Source: Bacilli bacterium | GTDB taxonomy: Bacteria > Bacillota_I > Bacilli_A > RFN20 > CAG-826 | Reading direction: 5' to 3' | DNA: 64,000 nucleotides | Assembly: GCA_051872395.1 (NCBI GenBank) | Contig: JBJEDU010000035.1 | Location: 5,740 to 69,739 of the forward strand | In this document: one piece after another, positions 20,201-30,692 of the stretch | How the letters are laid out: the number at the start of each line of letters is the position of its first letter | Numbering within the stretch: position 1 is the stretch's first letter | The notes under the pieces: model-generated | The model's database searches: none | Seen by the model: the letters and a program-made list of their open reading frames with translations, nothing else | What the model was told of the DNA's origin: nothing | Made by a program: the position numbers and the translations under genes

Positions 20201-21733
20201 TTAAAAGTGAATAATTTGATTATCATCTTGGTCGTAAACAATTTTTCTATTGTGGAAGATAATCTTCATTTCTTTAACCTTTTCGACCATACCTAATAAT
20301 TGAATACCGATAATTGGTGTTAACGCAATAAGTGCGACAACACCAAAAGAAGTTGAATAGTAATCCGCGGATTCGCCATATAAAGTGAATGTTACACCTA
20401 AAATTAAAGGTAAGACAAAACTAACAGACATTGGTCCAGAAGCCGTTCCACCACTATCGAAAGCAAAGGCTGTATATATATCATTACAAAAGAACATGAG
20501 AACTAAAGAAATAATATATCCTGGAACCATGTAATACATAATTGAGAAATTATAAATCACCCTAATCGCACTAAGCATAATGGCTAAACCAACACCAATA
20601 GAAAGAGTAATTAAAACTGTTCTCTTTTTAATTCTTCCATCACTTATTGCTTCAATTTGTCCAGTTAAAACATGGACTGCGGGTTCACATAAAATAGTTA
20701 ATAAACCTATACCAAAACAAATGAGGATAATGACTATTGGTTCATGTTTTCCTAAAAGTGAACCAATCATTCCTCCGATAGGATTCATCACTGCACTAAC
20801 AGCGGTTAAAAATAAAACTAATCCGACATAAGTAAAAGCAAAACCAGTAAGTAACTTTAATACTTTCCTTCTTGGAAGTTTAATAAATATTAACTCATAA
20901 ATAAAGAAAATGACTAAAATTGGTAGAATCGCCATTAAGACTTCAATTAGAGAACCTAATGAAGTTGCACTGCTTGGTAAAAGAGCTTTAATAAAGTTTG
21001 ACCATTGAGGATTATTAATAGCGAATTCAAAGTAACCTGAAATATTTTTATTTAAGATAATTAGTAATGTCATAGTAAAGATTGGTCCAATTGAGGCCAT
21101 TCCTACTAAACCAAAAGAATCATTCGTGGAATTTTTACCACCACGAACAATCGCTACACCAGCGCCAAGAGATAAAATAAAAGGCACCGTCGCACTACCA
21201 GTAGTAATTCCACCACTATCAAAAATAAATGGAAGGAAAGTCGGATTATTAAGTGCGCATAAAATTATGAGCATAAATGTTATCGCATAGAAAAATAAAT
21301 ACCAAACTTTTAAAGAACCATGAATGATAATTCTAATAATTCCGATAACGACAAATATTCCCACTCCAACAGCGATAGAGCCAATCAATAAAAATTTATT
21401 AATATTTACTTGCTCGCTGACAACGATAATCGATGGTTCAGCGCATGTAATAAGCGCACCTAAAATAAATGAAAAGATTATAATTATCCAAATATTTTTT
21501 TGTTTTGATAAAGAACTTCCCATATATTCTCCAACTTTTGATAAGGAACTAGAGGCTCCAATTTGAAAGAGTGCTAACCCAACAATTAAAACTAAGGCAC
21601 CAACTAATAAAATTGGATAATTAGAAGATGGTAAAGGAGTTAAGCCTGTCAAAGACAAAATAATGACGATACCAATCATTGGAAGGATTGATAAGCAACT
21701 AGTTAGAAAAGCTTTTAAATATAAATTCTTCAT
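20201..21733 (-). CDS. Internally duplicated polytopic membrane protein (DUF1538-like, putative transporter)
   Basis: 510 aa, two homologous halves each with FDSGG(I/T)(T/A)SG motif (FIFDSGGITTGSATVPF / FAFDSGGTASGPMSVSF), about 12 TM segments. Confidence 0.6.
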   Translation of the reverse strand: MKNLYLKAFLTSCLSILPMIGIVIILSLTGLTPLPSSNYPILLVGALVLIVGLALFQIGASSSLSKVGEYMGSSLSKQKNIWIIIIFSFILGALITCAEPSIIVVSEQVNINKFLLIGSIAVGVGIFVVIGIIRIIIHGSLKVWYLFFYAITFMLIILCALNNPTFLPFIFDSGGITTGSATVPFILSLGAGVAIVRGGKNSTNDSFGLVGMASIGPIFTMTLLIILNKNISGYFEFAINNPQWSNFIKALLPSSATSLGSLIEVLMAILPILVIFFIYELIFIKLPRRKVLKLLTGFAFTYVGLVLFLTAVSAVMNPIGGMIGSLLGKHEPIVIILICFGIGLLTILCEPAVHVLTGQIEAISDGRIKKRTVLITLSIGVGLAIMLSAIRVIYNFSIMYYMVPGYIISLVLMFFCNDIYTAFAFDSGGTASGPMSVSFVLPLILGVTFTLYGESADYYSTSFGVVALIALTPIIGIQLLGMVEKVKEMKIIFHNRKIVYDQDDNQIIHF

Positions 21734-21775
21734 CTCGTTTTTATTATAAATAAAATATCTAATTGTTTATAGATG

Positions 21776-21816
21776 CAAAATAAAAATCATGTCTCTTTTT
21801 GATAAAGACATGATTT
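21776..21816 (-). terminator. Rho-independent terminator downstream of lemA (10-bp stem aatcatgtct/agacatgatt, U-run on minus strand)
   Basis: Read directly; stem followed by TTTTTATTTTG on transcribed strand. Confidence 0.5.
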
Positions 21817-21846
21817 CAAATATTCTTAGTAAGAAATATCTATCTA

Positions 21847-22509
21847 TTAAAAGAAGACATCTCTCGCTTTTTGTTTCATTTCTTTACTTGCGGTAAATGG
21901 AATACGTGTAGTGTATCCTGCTCTTGCTGCCACGATCATCTTAGTTGGCCAAGCAAATATTTCACGGTTCCAAGTCGCCACTGTATCGTTATAAACTTCT
22001 CTAGCGGCAGTAATTTCTCTTTGTAAATAAGAGTTTTGTTGCATCGCATCAGCGATTTCTTGGTGAGCTTTTAAATCTGGATAATTTTCCACTGCGACAT
22101 TGATTTTCGCATTGACGTTTTCAATTTCAGTTGCCATCGCATTTAAATCTTTGTTAGCAGCGTTTCCACTACGATATTTAGCAATTTCTGAGAATGTATC
22201 TTTATCAAGAGCGATTGCTTTATCTAATAATCTTGCAACGTTTTGTAAAATGACAACTCTTTGTTCAAGATAATTATCAATTGTTGATGCATCGTGTTGG
22301 ATTTTTTGTTGTAATTGTTGAAAATATTTTTTTGCATTGATTTTCATAAAAGTAAAAACAATACCTGGGATGATAAATAACACCCATAACAATACTTCAA
22401 AAAGGGTGCTGCCCCAACCAACTTTTACTTGGATTTGTTTTTCAATAACATTAATATCACGTCCATTTTCGTTAACTGGACCAGTTAATTCATCTAATTC
22501 ATTAGCCAT
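21847..22509 (-). CDS. lemA: LemA family membrane protein
   Basis: Single N-terminal TM, LemA signature (ENYPDLKA...REITAAREVYNDTV...NREI); RBS GGGAGG. Confidence 0.85.
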   Translation of the reverse strand: MANELDELTGPVNENGRDINVIEKQIQVKVGWGSTLFEVLLWVLFIIPGIVFTFMKINAKKYFQQLQQKIQHDASTIDNYLEQRVVILQNVARLLDKAIALDKDTFSEIAKYRSGNAANKDLNAMATEIENVNAKINVAVENYPDLKAHQEIADAMQQNSYLQREITAAREVYNDTVATWNREIFAWPTKMIVAARAGYTTRIPFTASKEMKQKARDVFF

Positions 22510-22586
22510 ATTTTTATTTATCCTCCCTAAATTAGATATACATACTTATAATAAATTATATTTTTGAATTATTAAATAATAATTGA

Positions 22587-24374
22587 TTATTTGCTGGGCG
22601 AAATCAAAGTCGCAAGAATACCACGTTTGAAAATTGATTTAAGTTTATCAACATTGGTATTTTTACTATATTGTTCATTTGTTTCGTTTGTTGCTTGAAC
22701 TAAAATAGTTGAATTCTTTTGAAGTGGAATATATTCATACCATTCAACTGGTACGTTGTGGTAGTGTCCATCACGACCATAAACTGAAACAAAGTCAACA
22801 TGTTTAATAGTCTTATATGAATAGCAAGTAACATTCACTTCATCCACTGTTTTGTCCTTCTTGATGAAATTGGTTTTTAAAATTCCAGGAGTAACACTTT
22901 CTGGATGAAGGAAATGCTTGGAATCAAATGTGTTCGCTGCTACTTCATGTTCATAATCAGTAACATTACTTGGCCAATCATATTTATAAATATATTCTTT
23001 AGTTTTTGTTTGTTGATATAAAGGAATAGATAATAAAGGAGCGAAATTGAAGAAGAATGATTTGAAATATTCGTCATTATATGAGACAAAATTATTTCTT
23101 GCATCTTCAAGATCAAAATTAATATATCTTCTTGGATCCGCGGTAATATCAAACCCTTGCGCGTGTTCTGCTTTGACAAAATTTAAATATTTATATTTAT
23201 AGAAATAGAAATCATCACCATATCCATAGTCATGGTCTTTAACTAACTCCATAATGTTGTTTTGCGCAAGTGGAGTAAAGAGCAATCTAAATTCCATATC
23301 GTTATCACGATTTAAAGCATTAAATAGCATTTCGAATTCAGCATTATACATTCTGGTAAATGTTGATGGATCATCATCAGTTAATGATTTTTGCACCATT
23401 TTATCTAATTTTTTATCGAATTTTGCCGCTTCTTTATCAATATTTTTTTCATCTAATTTAGCTTTATCAGTTGGCTTACGTGAGAAAGTTAAATGAGGCG
23501 CGGCATCACACCCATAAATGAGCCATGTGTCTCTATAATAAATTGGTTTTGGTTTTGTAATGAAAGCTTCAAGAACTTGAGAATGACTAACCGTGCGATA
23601 ACCATTGCTAGTTCTTTCAGTAGTCGTCCAATGAATTGTAATCGCCCCTCGATAAGTATAATCGACAATTTCTGTAACAAAATTTTCTCTTATAATAAAT
23701 GGATTACCTAAAATAGAACCAGATTGCACAGCGAGAGTACTTTGATTGACATTCGTATTGGAATCTAAACCATATTTTTCATGTAAATATTCAAATTTTT
23801 TGGTATCTAAATATTTATCCATTTGGAAAAGCGGACAAGTTTTAGACACTAAAGAGGCTGGAATATTCCAATCATACGAAGCGTTTAAAGGCGCCATTTG
23901 AGCGTAGGCTTCTTGTTTTAAATTATTGGCTTCTTCAATCAGTTTATTTTTTAACGAAAATAAGTCATTGATATCTTTATTGATGTCTTTAAAACCAAAG
24001 ACACAAATAATGATACCAATAATTAATCCACCTACTAATAGAGGGATAGAAATCGCTAAAGAAACACTAGAATTAAAAGCAATTAATAAAATTAAACCCA
24101 CAACAGCGGCTAAGAAAAAGATAATCGCTAATGCAATGATGAAATTTTTAATAGCCTTCTTCTTTTTTAATTTTTTATCTGTATTAGAAGCTTCTTTTAA
24201 TTTTGCGTAATGTTTTTTGACTGTTTCTTTATTGAGCTCTTCATCGACTTTATTAGATTTGACAAGCTCATCAAAAAACTTAATGCTATTTTCATGATGA
24301 AGGGATTTTAAAACCGATTTGTAAACTTTTAATGGTTCTAATAAATCATTTTGTTGCATTGTTTTTTCTCCCAA
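22587..24374 (-). CDS. Hypothetical membrane protein (N-terminal coiled-coil, TM hairpin, large C-terminal domain of unknown function)
   Basis: 595 aa ORF, two adjacent hydrophobic helices at aa 78-128; no recognisable catalytic motif. Confidence 0.5.
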   Translation of the reverse strand: MGEKTMQQNDLLEPLKVYKSVLKSLHHENSIKFFDELVKSNKVDEELNKETVKKHYAKLKEASNTDKKLKKKKAIKNFIIALAIIFFLAAVVGLILLIAFNSSVSLAISIPLLVGGLIIGIIICVFGFKDINKDINDLFSLKNKLIEEANNLKQEAYAQMAPLNASYDWNIPASLVSKTCPLFQMDKYLDTKKFEYLHEKYGLDSNTNVNQSTLAVQSGSILGNPFIIRENFVTEIVDYTYRGAITIHWTTTERTSNGYRTVSHSQVLEAFITKPKPIYYRDTWLIYGCDAAPHLTFSRKPTDKAKLDEKNIDKEAAKFDKKLDKMVQKSLTDDDPSTFTRMYNAEFEMLFNALNRDNDMEFRLLFTPLAQNNIMELVKDHDYGYGDDFYFYKYKYLNFVKAEHAQGFDITADPRRYINFDLEDARNNFVSYNDEYFKSFFFNFAPLLSIPLYQQTKTKEYIYKYDWPSNVTDYEHEVAANTFDSKHFLHPESVTPGILKTNFIKKDKTVDEVNVTCYSYKTIKHVDFVSVYGRDGHYHNVPVEWYEYIPLQKNSTILVQATNETNEQYSKNTNVDKLKSIFKRGILATLISPSK

Positions 24375-25289
24375 TTAATTTATATTAAACATTTTCTTAA
24401 ATTCTATTGGCATAGGCGCACAAAATTTCATTAACTTTCCAGTTATAGGATGAACGATATCAAGTTCATAAGCATGTAATCCAAGTCGAGAAATTGGATT
24501 AGAAGGATCCCCATATTTATCATCACCAATAACGGAATGATGATGTTCAAATAAATGAACACGAATTTGATTTTTTCTTCCAGTATCGATATTGACATCC
24601 AAAAGTGAATAATCTTCAATTTCTTTCATTACTTTATAATGGGTAATTGAATATTGTCCATCTGACTTCATAGATGAATACATCATATTTTGAGCGTTCT
24701 TTTTTAAATAAGATTTATAAGTTCCGCTTTCATTTTCCATGTGGCCTTCCACTATCGCGAAATATCCTCTTTTTTTCACGATGTCGTTCCAATTAGACAT
24801 AAATAATTCTTTGAGTTTTGGACTTTTAACAACCATCAAAACTCCAGAAGTATCTTCGTCTAGTCGATGGACGATAAATATACGATTATGTTTATCTTTT
24901 TGTTGAACATAATCAGTGAGCATACGGTAAACTGTCGAACATTTTTCTTTATCGCTAGCGATACTAAGTAACCCAGTTGGTTTATTGATGACAATCAAAT
25001 CATCATCTTCATAAATGATAGGTAAATTACTTCTAGTCTTCCTTCTAATAGGAGTGGAACTAATAATAATCGTGTCTCCCTTATATAGTTTGAAATTAAA
25101 TTGAGTAATAGGCGCGCCATCGATAGAGACACGATGACTACCTAAAAGTGACTTAATAGAATTTCTTGATTGTGAAGGAAAAGTTTTTAAAAGGAAAGGT
25201 AATAATTCAATATCTTCATTGACCTTATATTCTTTTAGATTTTTAAAATCTTTGGTACGATTATTTTTCTTAACGTAATTTTTATTCAT
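24375..25289 (-). CDS. RluA-family 23S rRNA pseudouridine synthase (S4 domain + catalytic HRLDxxTSG)
   Basis: S4-like N-terminus, catalytic motif HRLDEDTSGVLMV; 304 aa. Confidence 0.85.
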   Translation of the reverse strand: MNKNYVKKNNRTKDFKNLKEYKVNEDIELLPFLLKTFPSQSRNSIKSLLGSHRVSIDGAPITQFNFKLYKGDTIIISSTPIRRKTRSNLPIIYEDDDLIVINKPTGLLSIASDKEKCSTVYRMLTDYVQQKDKHNRIFIVHRLDEDTSGVLMVVKSPKLKELFMSNWNDIVKKRGYFAIVEGHMENESGTYKSYLKKNAQNMMYSSMKSDGQYSITHYKVMKEIEDYSLLDVNIDTGRKNQIRVHLFEHHHSVIGDDKYGDPSNPISRLGLHAYELDIVHPITGKLMKFCAPMPIEFKKMFNIN

Positions 25290-27811
25290 TATTCAACACT
25301 CTTTAATGATTCTACCATTTTTACTTTCTTTATTGATAGGGATAACAATACGTTGATAAGAAGTCCAGTTATAAAAGATATAACGAAACTGATGATGTAA
25401 CTACTAGTAAATACTGTATAGAGGAATTCAATGAGTGAATTACGATTGACGAATAACACTAAATATTCGACAGGGAATCCAATACATAATCCTAAAATCG
25501 CCCCAATAAATACTAAAATCATCGTTTCATAAATCAAAGATTTAGCAATTTGAGAATGAGGGAAACCTAATACTTTTAAAGTGGCCATCTCCCTAATTCT
25601 TTCTTTGAAATTTAAAAACGCTAAGTTATATAAAACAACAACCGCTAAAAGGATAGCGAAAACTTTAATTGTTAAAGTCATTGTTGAAACACTTGAAAGA
25701 ACGCTATTGATATTAACTCTAATCATATCTTGAGTTGTGAAAATTGATATACCCTCAACTTGATCAATAATTTGATTACCAAAAGTTTCAGGAGTTTCAT
25801 CAATACTAGATTTCATTTTTACAAAACTAACACTGACAGTGTCTAGCAAAGAAGCATACTGTTCATTTGCTATTGAAACATAAATACCATGACGAGAGAA
25901 AGTTTTTCCAATCTTTCCAACAACACCACTATAATGGTTGTTTAAAATATCAAACTCAATCGTATCGCCAACTTTGTAATTTCCATCGTTCGCGACTTTT
26001 TGAGTAATCATCACTTGATTGATATCAAAATCAACATCAATCAAATCATGTTGTTCTTCTAAAACGAAGAGAGTTGTTTTAATTTGTTTTTTGCCATAAG
26101 CATTTATCGAGATAGTTCTCATTTCATTAATCGATTCAATTTCATCAGAAAAATATGATAAAATCTCATCTTTTTTAGAACTACTTCCAGTGTTGTAAGT
26201 CAACATGACATCGCCTTGATAAAAATGTTCCATATCATAATCGACTGAATGATTTAAGGTATCTTCAATACCAAATCCAGCGACTAATAACGCTGTACAA
26301 CCCATTACACCAACAACAACCATGATTGATTTTAATAAATTTAATCGAATATTTCTTAAAGCCATTTTCATCGAAATAAGTTTGTTGGCTAATTTTTCTT
26401 TTTTGACATTGACTTTCGATTTAGTTTTCAATACTTTTACTTTCTTTGGTCGCATTGATTCAGATGGACATAATGAAATCTCTTTCTTTGTTGAGAAATA
26501 GACACATAAACAAGTAAGTCCACACATTGCTAAAACAATAATAAAGAAATATAAGAATGGGAAAACATAAGTCATCGTTGGTAACGTATATAAAATCGAA
26601 TATTTTATATTTAAAATATATGGAATTAATAATGGTCCAATAATCGAGCCTAATACAATACCAACGCCCACTAAAACGAGCATCAAAATCATATAATAAG
26701 CATATAAAGAAGAATTTTTAACGCCCAAAGCTTTTAGTGTTCCAATTTCTGTTCTCTCTTTGATAATGAGTTGAGAAATGGTAGTTAATATAACTAAGAT
26801 AGCGACAAAGAAAAATAAAAACGGAAAAACAATCATCAGTTGATATGATTGGTTAATATCCATTTGAATAATGGAATTAAATGGTTGATTTTCTAAGGAA
26901 CTAACATATAAAAGTGTTGATTCATCAGGGTTATTCGCATATTTATTTTCGTAATAAAAAGAAATATCGTTAACAATTTGATTAACTTTCTTTTGATTTT
27001 TAACTTTTACTAAATACTGATTCGCGAATACCGAATCATTCATATAACTTTCTAAATATGCCTTAACGAAATTCGCGAAAGCATCACTCATTCCATTTTC
27101 TTTTAATCCTTCAACAATTAAATCGATTAAAACATATGTAACATATTGTTTAGAAATGACATAACTATTAGATGAATAATCACCATTTTGAATATTTTCC
27201 ACAAATTGCATCGTCCCAGTTACTTTAAAAGGTAATTCAAATAAAGTTCCTTCGAATTCATCTAAATCAGATAAATCAAGGTCGGGAAATTGATATTTTA
27301 ACGCCATCAAAATATAACTTGTTTCAATAGATAGAGTTACTTCATCACCGAGTTTAACTGGGTTTTTATAATTCTTTTCATGAGTTAAAGTATCATCGAT
27401 ATATAAAAAACAATCGTCTGGTAAACCAGTATCCTCTAACTGTGAAATCACAATTGGCTTATTAATAATCGGATATTCATCATAAATACAGGCGACCGCG
27501 GATGAACTATTTAAAAAAGTTGGCAAATATCCACGATGAACAACTTCTCCTCCACCATTTGAAAGGAGGATATTATTTATCGCAGACTCTTCATCAACGT
27601 TATATCCTTGACAGGTGACATAAACATCAGCAGCGTTTCCTTGATTATAAAATCTATTGGTTCTTTCGCTGAGAGATAAAGAGTTACTAGCCAAACCTAA
27701 AAATAACGTAACCGCAATTGTCGCTATTCCGATAATAGCGATGAATTGACCTAAGCTATGTTTAATACTTCTCGTACATTTTTTAAAGAAAATCATTGAT
27801 AATTTCACCAA
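25289..27811 (-). CDS. ABC transporter permease with two FtsX/MacB-type domains
   Basis: 840 aa; two 4-TM FtsX-like modules separated by large extracytoplasmic domains; overlaps ATPase gene. Confidence 0.8.
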   Translation of the reverse strand: MVKLSMIFFKKCTRSIKHSLGQFIAIIGIATIAVTLFLGLASNSLSLSERTNRFYNQGNAADVYVTCQGYNVDEESAINNILLSNGGGEVVHRGYLPTFLNSSSAVACIYDEYPIINKPIVISQLEDTGLPDDCFLYIDDTLTHEKNYKNPVKLGDEVTLSIETSYILMALKYQFPDLDLSDLDEFEGTLFELPFKVTGTMQFVENIQNGDYSSNSYVISKQYVTYVLIDLIVEGLKENGMSDAFANFVKAYLESYMNDSVFANQYLVKVKNQKKVNQIVNDISFYYENKYANNPDESTLLYVSSLENQPFNSIIQMDINQSYQLMIVFPFLFFFVAILVILTTISQLIIKERTEIGTLKALGVKNSSLYAYYMILMLVLVGVGIVLGSIIGPLLIPYILNIKYSILYTLPTMTYVFPFLYFFIIVLAMCGLTCLCVYFSTKKEISLCPSESMRPKKVKVLKTKSKVNVKKEKLANKLISMKMALRNIRLNLLKSIMVVVGVMGCTALLVAGFGIEDTLNHSVDYDMEHFYQGDVMLTYNTGSSSKKDEILSYFSDEIESINEMRTISINAYGKKQIKTTLFVLEEQHDLIDVDFDINQVMITQKVANDGNYKVGDTIEFDILNNHYSGVVGKIGKTFSRHGIYVSIANEQYASLLDTVSVSFVKMKSSIDETPETFGNQIIDQVEGISIFTTQDMIRVNINSVLSSVSTMTLTIKVFAILLAVVVLYNLAFLNFKERIREMATLKVLGFPHSQIAKSLIYETMILVFIGAILGLCIGFPVEYLVLFVNRNSLIEFLYTVFTSSYIISFVISFITGLLINVLLSLSIKKVKMVESLKSVE

Positions 27812-28512
27812 CTGATATCCTCGATTTCTTTAATTTTGCGATTCTTTTTATCGCTTTCAATCTTGCCGTCTTGAATATGAATAACTCTCGAGGCAACTTC
27901 AGCGATTTTCGCATTATGTGTCACAATAATAATTGTGGTATTTTGAGTTTTGTTAATATTTTTTAATAATTTTAAAACAGAGGTACCGGTCTTTGAATCT
28001 AACGCTCCAGTAGGTTCATCACAAAGCAATAATTTTGGTTTTTTAACAATCGCTCGAGCGATAGATACTCTTTGTTGTTCTCCTCCACTAAGTTGTGAAG
28101 GAAAATTATTTTTTCTATCTTCTAAGTTTACCGCTTTTAAAGATGCTAAAGAGTTTTCGTTTTTCCCATTAGAAACTAACTCCGCGACCATGACGTTTTC
28201 ATAAGCGGTTAAATTAGGCATGAGATTATAAAATTGAAAGACAAAACCGATGTCTTCGCGACGTAATTTAGATAAACCTTTATCATTTAAAGATGTGACA
28301 TCAACATTTTCAACTTGATATAAACCAGAAGTAGCTTTGTCCATACCTCCTAATAGATTCAATAAAGTGGATTTTCCTGCTCCTGAAGCGCCAAGAATAA
28401 CAATAAATTCACCTTTTTCAATTTCAAAAGAAATATTATCTAAGGCCACAACTTCATTTGATTGTCCTTGGTTATAAATTTTAGATAAATTTTTTACGAT
28501 AACTTGTTTCAT
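27805..28512 (-). CDS. ABC transporter ATP-binding protein (MacB/LolD-type)
   Basis: Walker A GASGAGKST, ABC signature LSGGEQQR, Walker B LLLCDEPTGALD; 235 aa. Confidence 0.9.
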   Translation of the reverse strand: MKQVIVKNLSKIYNQGQSNEVVALDNISFEIEKGEFIVILGASGAGKSTLLNLLGGMDKATSGLYQVENVDVTSLNDKGLSKLRREDIGFVFQFYNLMPNLTAYENVMVAELVSNGKNENSLASLKAVNLEDRKNNFPSQLSGGEQQRVSIARAIVKKPKLLLCDEPTGALDSKTGTSVLKLLKNINKTQNTTIIIVTHNAKIAEVASRVIHIQDGKIESDKKNRKIKEIEDISW

Positions 28513-28589
28513 GTATTTAATTTTAATATATAAATTATATAAATTAAATAAAAATTGATTTTATTTGATATAAGTAAAAAAATAAGCAA

Positions 28590-28628
28590 ATAAAAATGAC
28601 TTCTTAATAGTAATTTTTTTAAGAAGTT
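28590..28628 (-). terminator. Putative terminator after hypothetical membrane protein gene (9-bp stem acttcttaa/ttaagaagt then U-rich tract on minus strand)
   Basis: Read directly. Confidence 0.35.
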
Positions 28629-28639
28629 ATCTAATAAAA

Positions 28640-29566
28640 TTATTTACTCTTTTTAAAAGATTTTATTAAGAAAATGAAGGCGGTAATTTCTGGTATGACA
28701 ATACCAATAAACAAGAACACTCCAGCGATAGGTAAAGAAGAGGAATGATCGATGAAAAATAATGGTGTCAAATCTCTACTAATAATATATGGACAAACAC
28801 AGGCTGAAATGATTCCATATGTGACAAAAAAGACTGTCACAGAAATCGAAATAATATAGAAAAGAAGAAATAATCTTTTATCATTATTTTTATGTTTATA
28901 AACAAGATAAAATATTCCATTCATCGTCATTAATACAAGAATGAAAATATATGGTAATGACAAATACCAAGTATCAGTTATTCCACCAATAAGTAAATAT
29001 ATAGAATGGAACGCTGCACCAAAGAAATAAGTTGCAACGCATAGATAAATAGAGAATAAAACCAAATATCTCTTTTTTACTTTTTCTTCAATGGTTTTTT
29101 CAATTTTTTCTTCTTTGATTGTCTTAAATGAATAGACAATTAAATAAATTGATAAACATAAAATAGCAAGAAGAATAATTAATACATCATAAGGGAATAA
29201 AGGAGAAATATTTTTTCCAATTGAATTCCATCCAAAAGAAATGAACATATTAATAAATTGAATTAAGAAAGCGAAGAAAGAAATAATAGTCATTGTAATT
29301 GAATAAGACTTCAAAACACGATGCTTGCTCGCATAATTTAAACAATGTTTATAAATGAAAAGGTAACATAAAGTAATGAGTGGAATGATAAATAAAATGA
29401 TTGTTGGTAAATAAGTTAAAGAGCCTCTCCCAGAATGAGAGATAATTGGAAACATCGTGTAAAAACCTTTAAAGGCAAATATCGAACTTATGACAAATAA
29501 GATACAAAATAAAGTAATGAAAATAGTTTTATTTTCAAAAGATTTCAATATTCTATTCATTTTCAT
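28640..29566 (-). CDS. Hypothetical polytopic membrane protein
   Basis: 308 aa, about 8 hydrophobic helices, no motif recognised. Confidence 0.45.
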   Translation of the reverse strand: MKMNRILKSFENKTIFITLFCILFVISSIFAFKGFYTMFPIISHSGRGSLTYLPTIILFIIPLITLCYLFIYKHCLNYASKHRVLKSYSITMTIISFFAFLIQFINMFISFGWNSIGKNISPLFPYDVLIILLAILCLSIYLIVYSFKTIKEEKIEKTIEEKVKKRYLVLFSIYLCVATYFFGAAFHSIYLLIGGITDTWYLSLPYIFILVLMTMNGIFYLVYKHKNNDKRLFLLFYIISISVTVFFVTYGIISACVCPYIISRDLTPLFFIDHSSSLPIAGVFLFIGIVIPEITAFIFLIKSFKKSK

Positions 29567-30692
29567 TAATCTCCTTATTTACAATTTCTTCAACACTCAT
29601 TTCATTAAATTGTCCACTATAGGTAACCTGGATTGGTTTCATTGAGAAAGTCTTATCATCTTTTAATGTGATGAAAGTTCCACCCATTAAAAATGGATCA
29701 TGATATATCCCTTTTGATGATTTTAATCCATAAATTAAACGAATTGGAAAATCGGTATTTTCACCTTTTATATAATGGAAATCAGAAAAATTAATATGGT
29801 CATGACCACAGACAATTCCTCTCGTCGAACGGAAGGCATTCATCGTTTCAAATAATAAATTACTACGATATCCAGAAGCAACACCACTTGATTCTTCCAT
29901 TCTCCAATAACTGTCTCTATCCGTGCCAGAAACACTCATACCAACTTCTTCCCAAGCTTCTTGAAATTCTTCTAAAGGAATATGGAAATACGCGATTGAG
30001 GGAATTAAATCAACATCGGATTTATTGACATCATCACTTAAATTATTTGCGTATCTAATTTGCTTTTTATACCATTCAATTTGATCATCATGAATGACAT
30101 CATAACCTAAGCCATAATATGTATTAGAATCTAAAACATATACTTGCCATTTCGTATCACCATTTTCTTTTAAATTGATGACATAATTCGCGTTTCCATA
30201 TACATTATCACTTGGATTTAAAAGAACTGAATTACGACATTTTTTTACGACTTTATCAATATATTTATTACCATATAATCCTTGTAAATCGTGATTGCCA
30301 TAAGTATAGGCAAAAGGAATATTAAAACTATCGATAAAAGAGAAAAATTTAGAAACGATATCGCTATTGACATCCATGAAAGTATCGCCATTTAAAACGA
30401 TGAGGTCGGGCTTAGCTTCTTCTTTGGTTAAACCTTCAGTTTCACATCTTGCAAAAATAACGTTTTCAATATAATTAAATTCTTCATCTAAATCTGTGAG
30501 AATTGATAAATGAATATCATTCAAAGATAAGATAGTAAAATTTTCTTTGTAATCAAGTTCATTAATGTAATCAGTTAAAGGAGGATTACTAACTTTTTGA
30601 CAAGAAGTCAAAAGGGCTACTAAAAATAAAGGTGCAATTTTATTAAATTTTTTCATTAAACTACCATCACTTTCTAAATATATTTTATACAC
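29553..30692 (-). CDS. Secreted lipoprotein metallophosphoesterase (calcineurin-like)
   Basis: Lipobox LTSC after MKKFNKIAPLFLVA (true start probably Met13 at 30656), metallophosphatase motifs LNGDTF, GNHD, GHDH. Confidence 0.7.
   Translation of the reverse strand: MYKIYLESDGSLMKKFNKIAPLFLVALLTSCQKVSNPPLTDYINELDYKENFTILSLNDIHLSILTDLDEEFNYIENVIFARCETEGLTKEEAKPDLIVLNGDTFMDVNSDIVSKFFSFIDSFNIPFAYTYGNHDLQGLYGNKYIDKVVKKCRNSVLLNPSDNVYGNANYVINLKENGDTKWQVYVLDSNTYYGLGYDVIHDDQIEWYKKQIRYANNLSDDVNKSDVDLIPSIAYFHIPLEEFQEAWEEVGMSVSGTDRDSYWRMEESSGVASGYRSNLLFETMNAFRSTRGIVCGHDHINFSDFHYIKGENTDFPIRLIYGLKSSKGIYHDPFLMGGTFITLKDDKTFSMKPIQVTYSGQFNEMSVEEIVNKEINENE

Noticed and set aside
20580-24210. Multiple 60-95 aa ORFs nested in the DUF1538-like, LemA-partner and other genes (20580, 21324, 22337, 22940, 23254, 23489, 23493, 23926)
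   Set aside because: All overlap longer ORFs with real motifs on the opposite strand or frame; likely noise.
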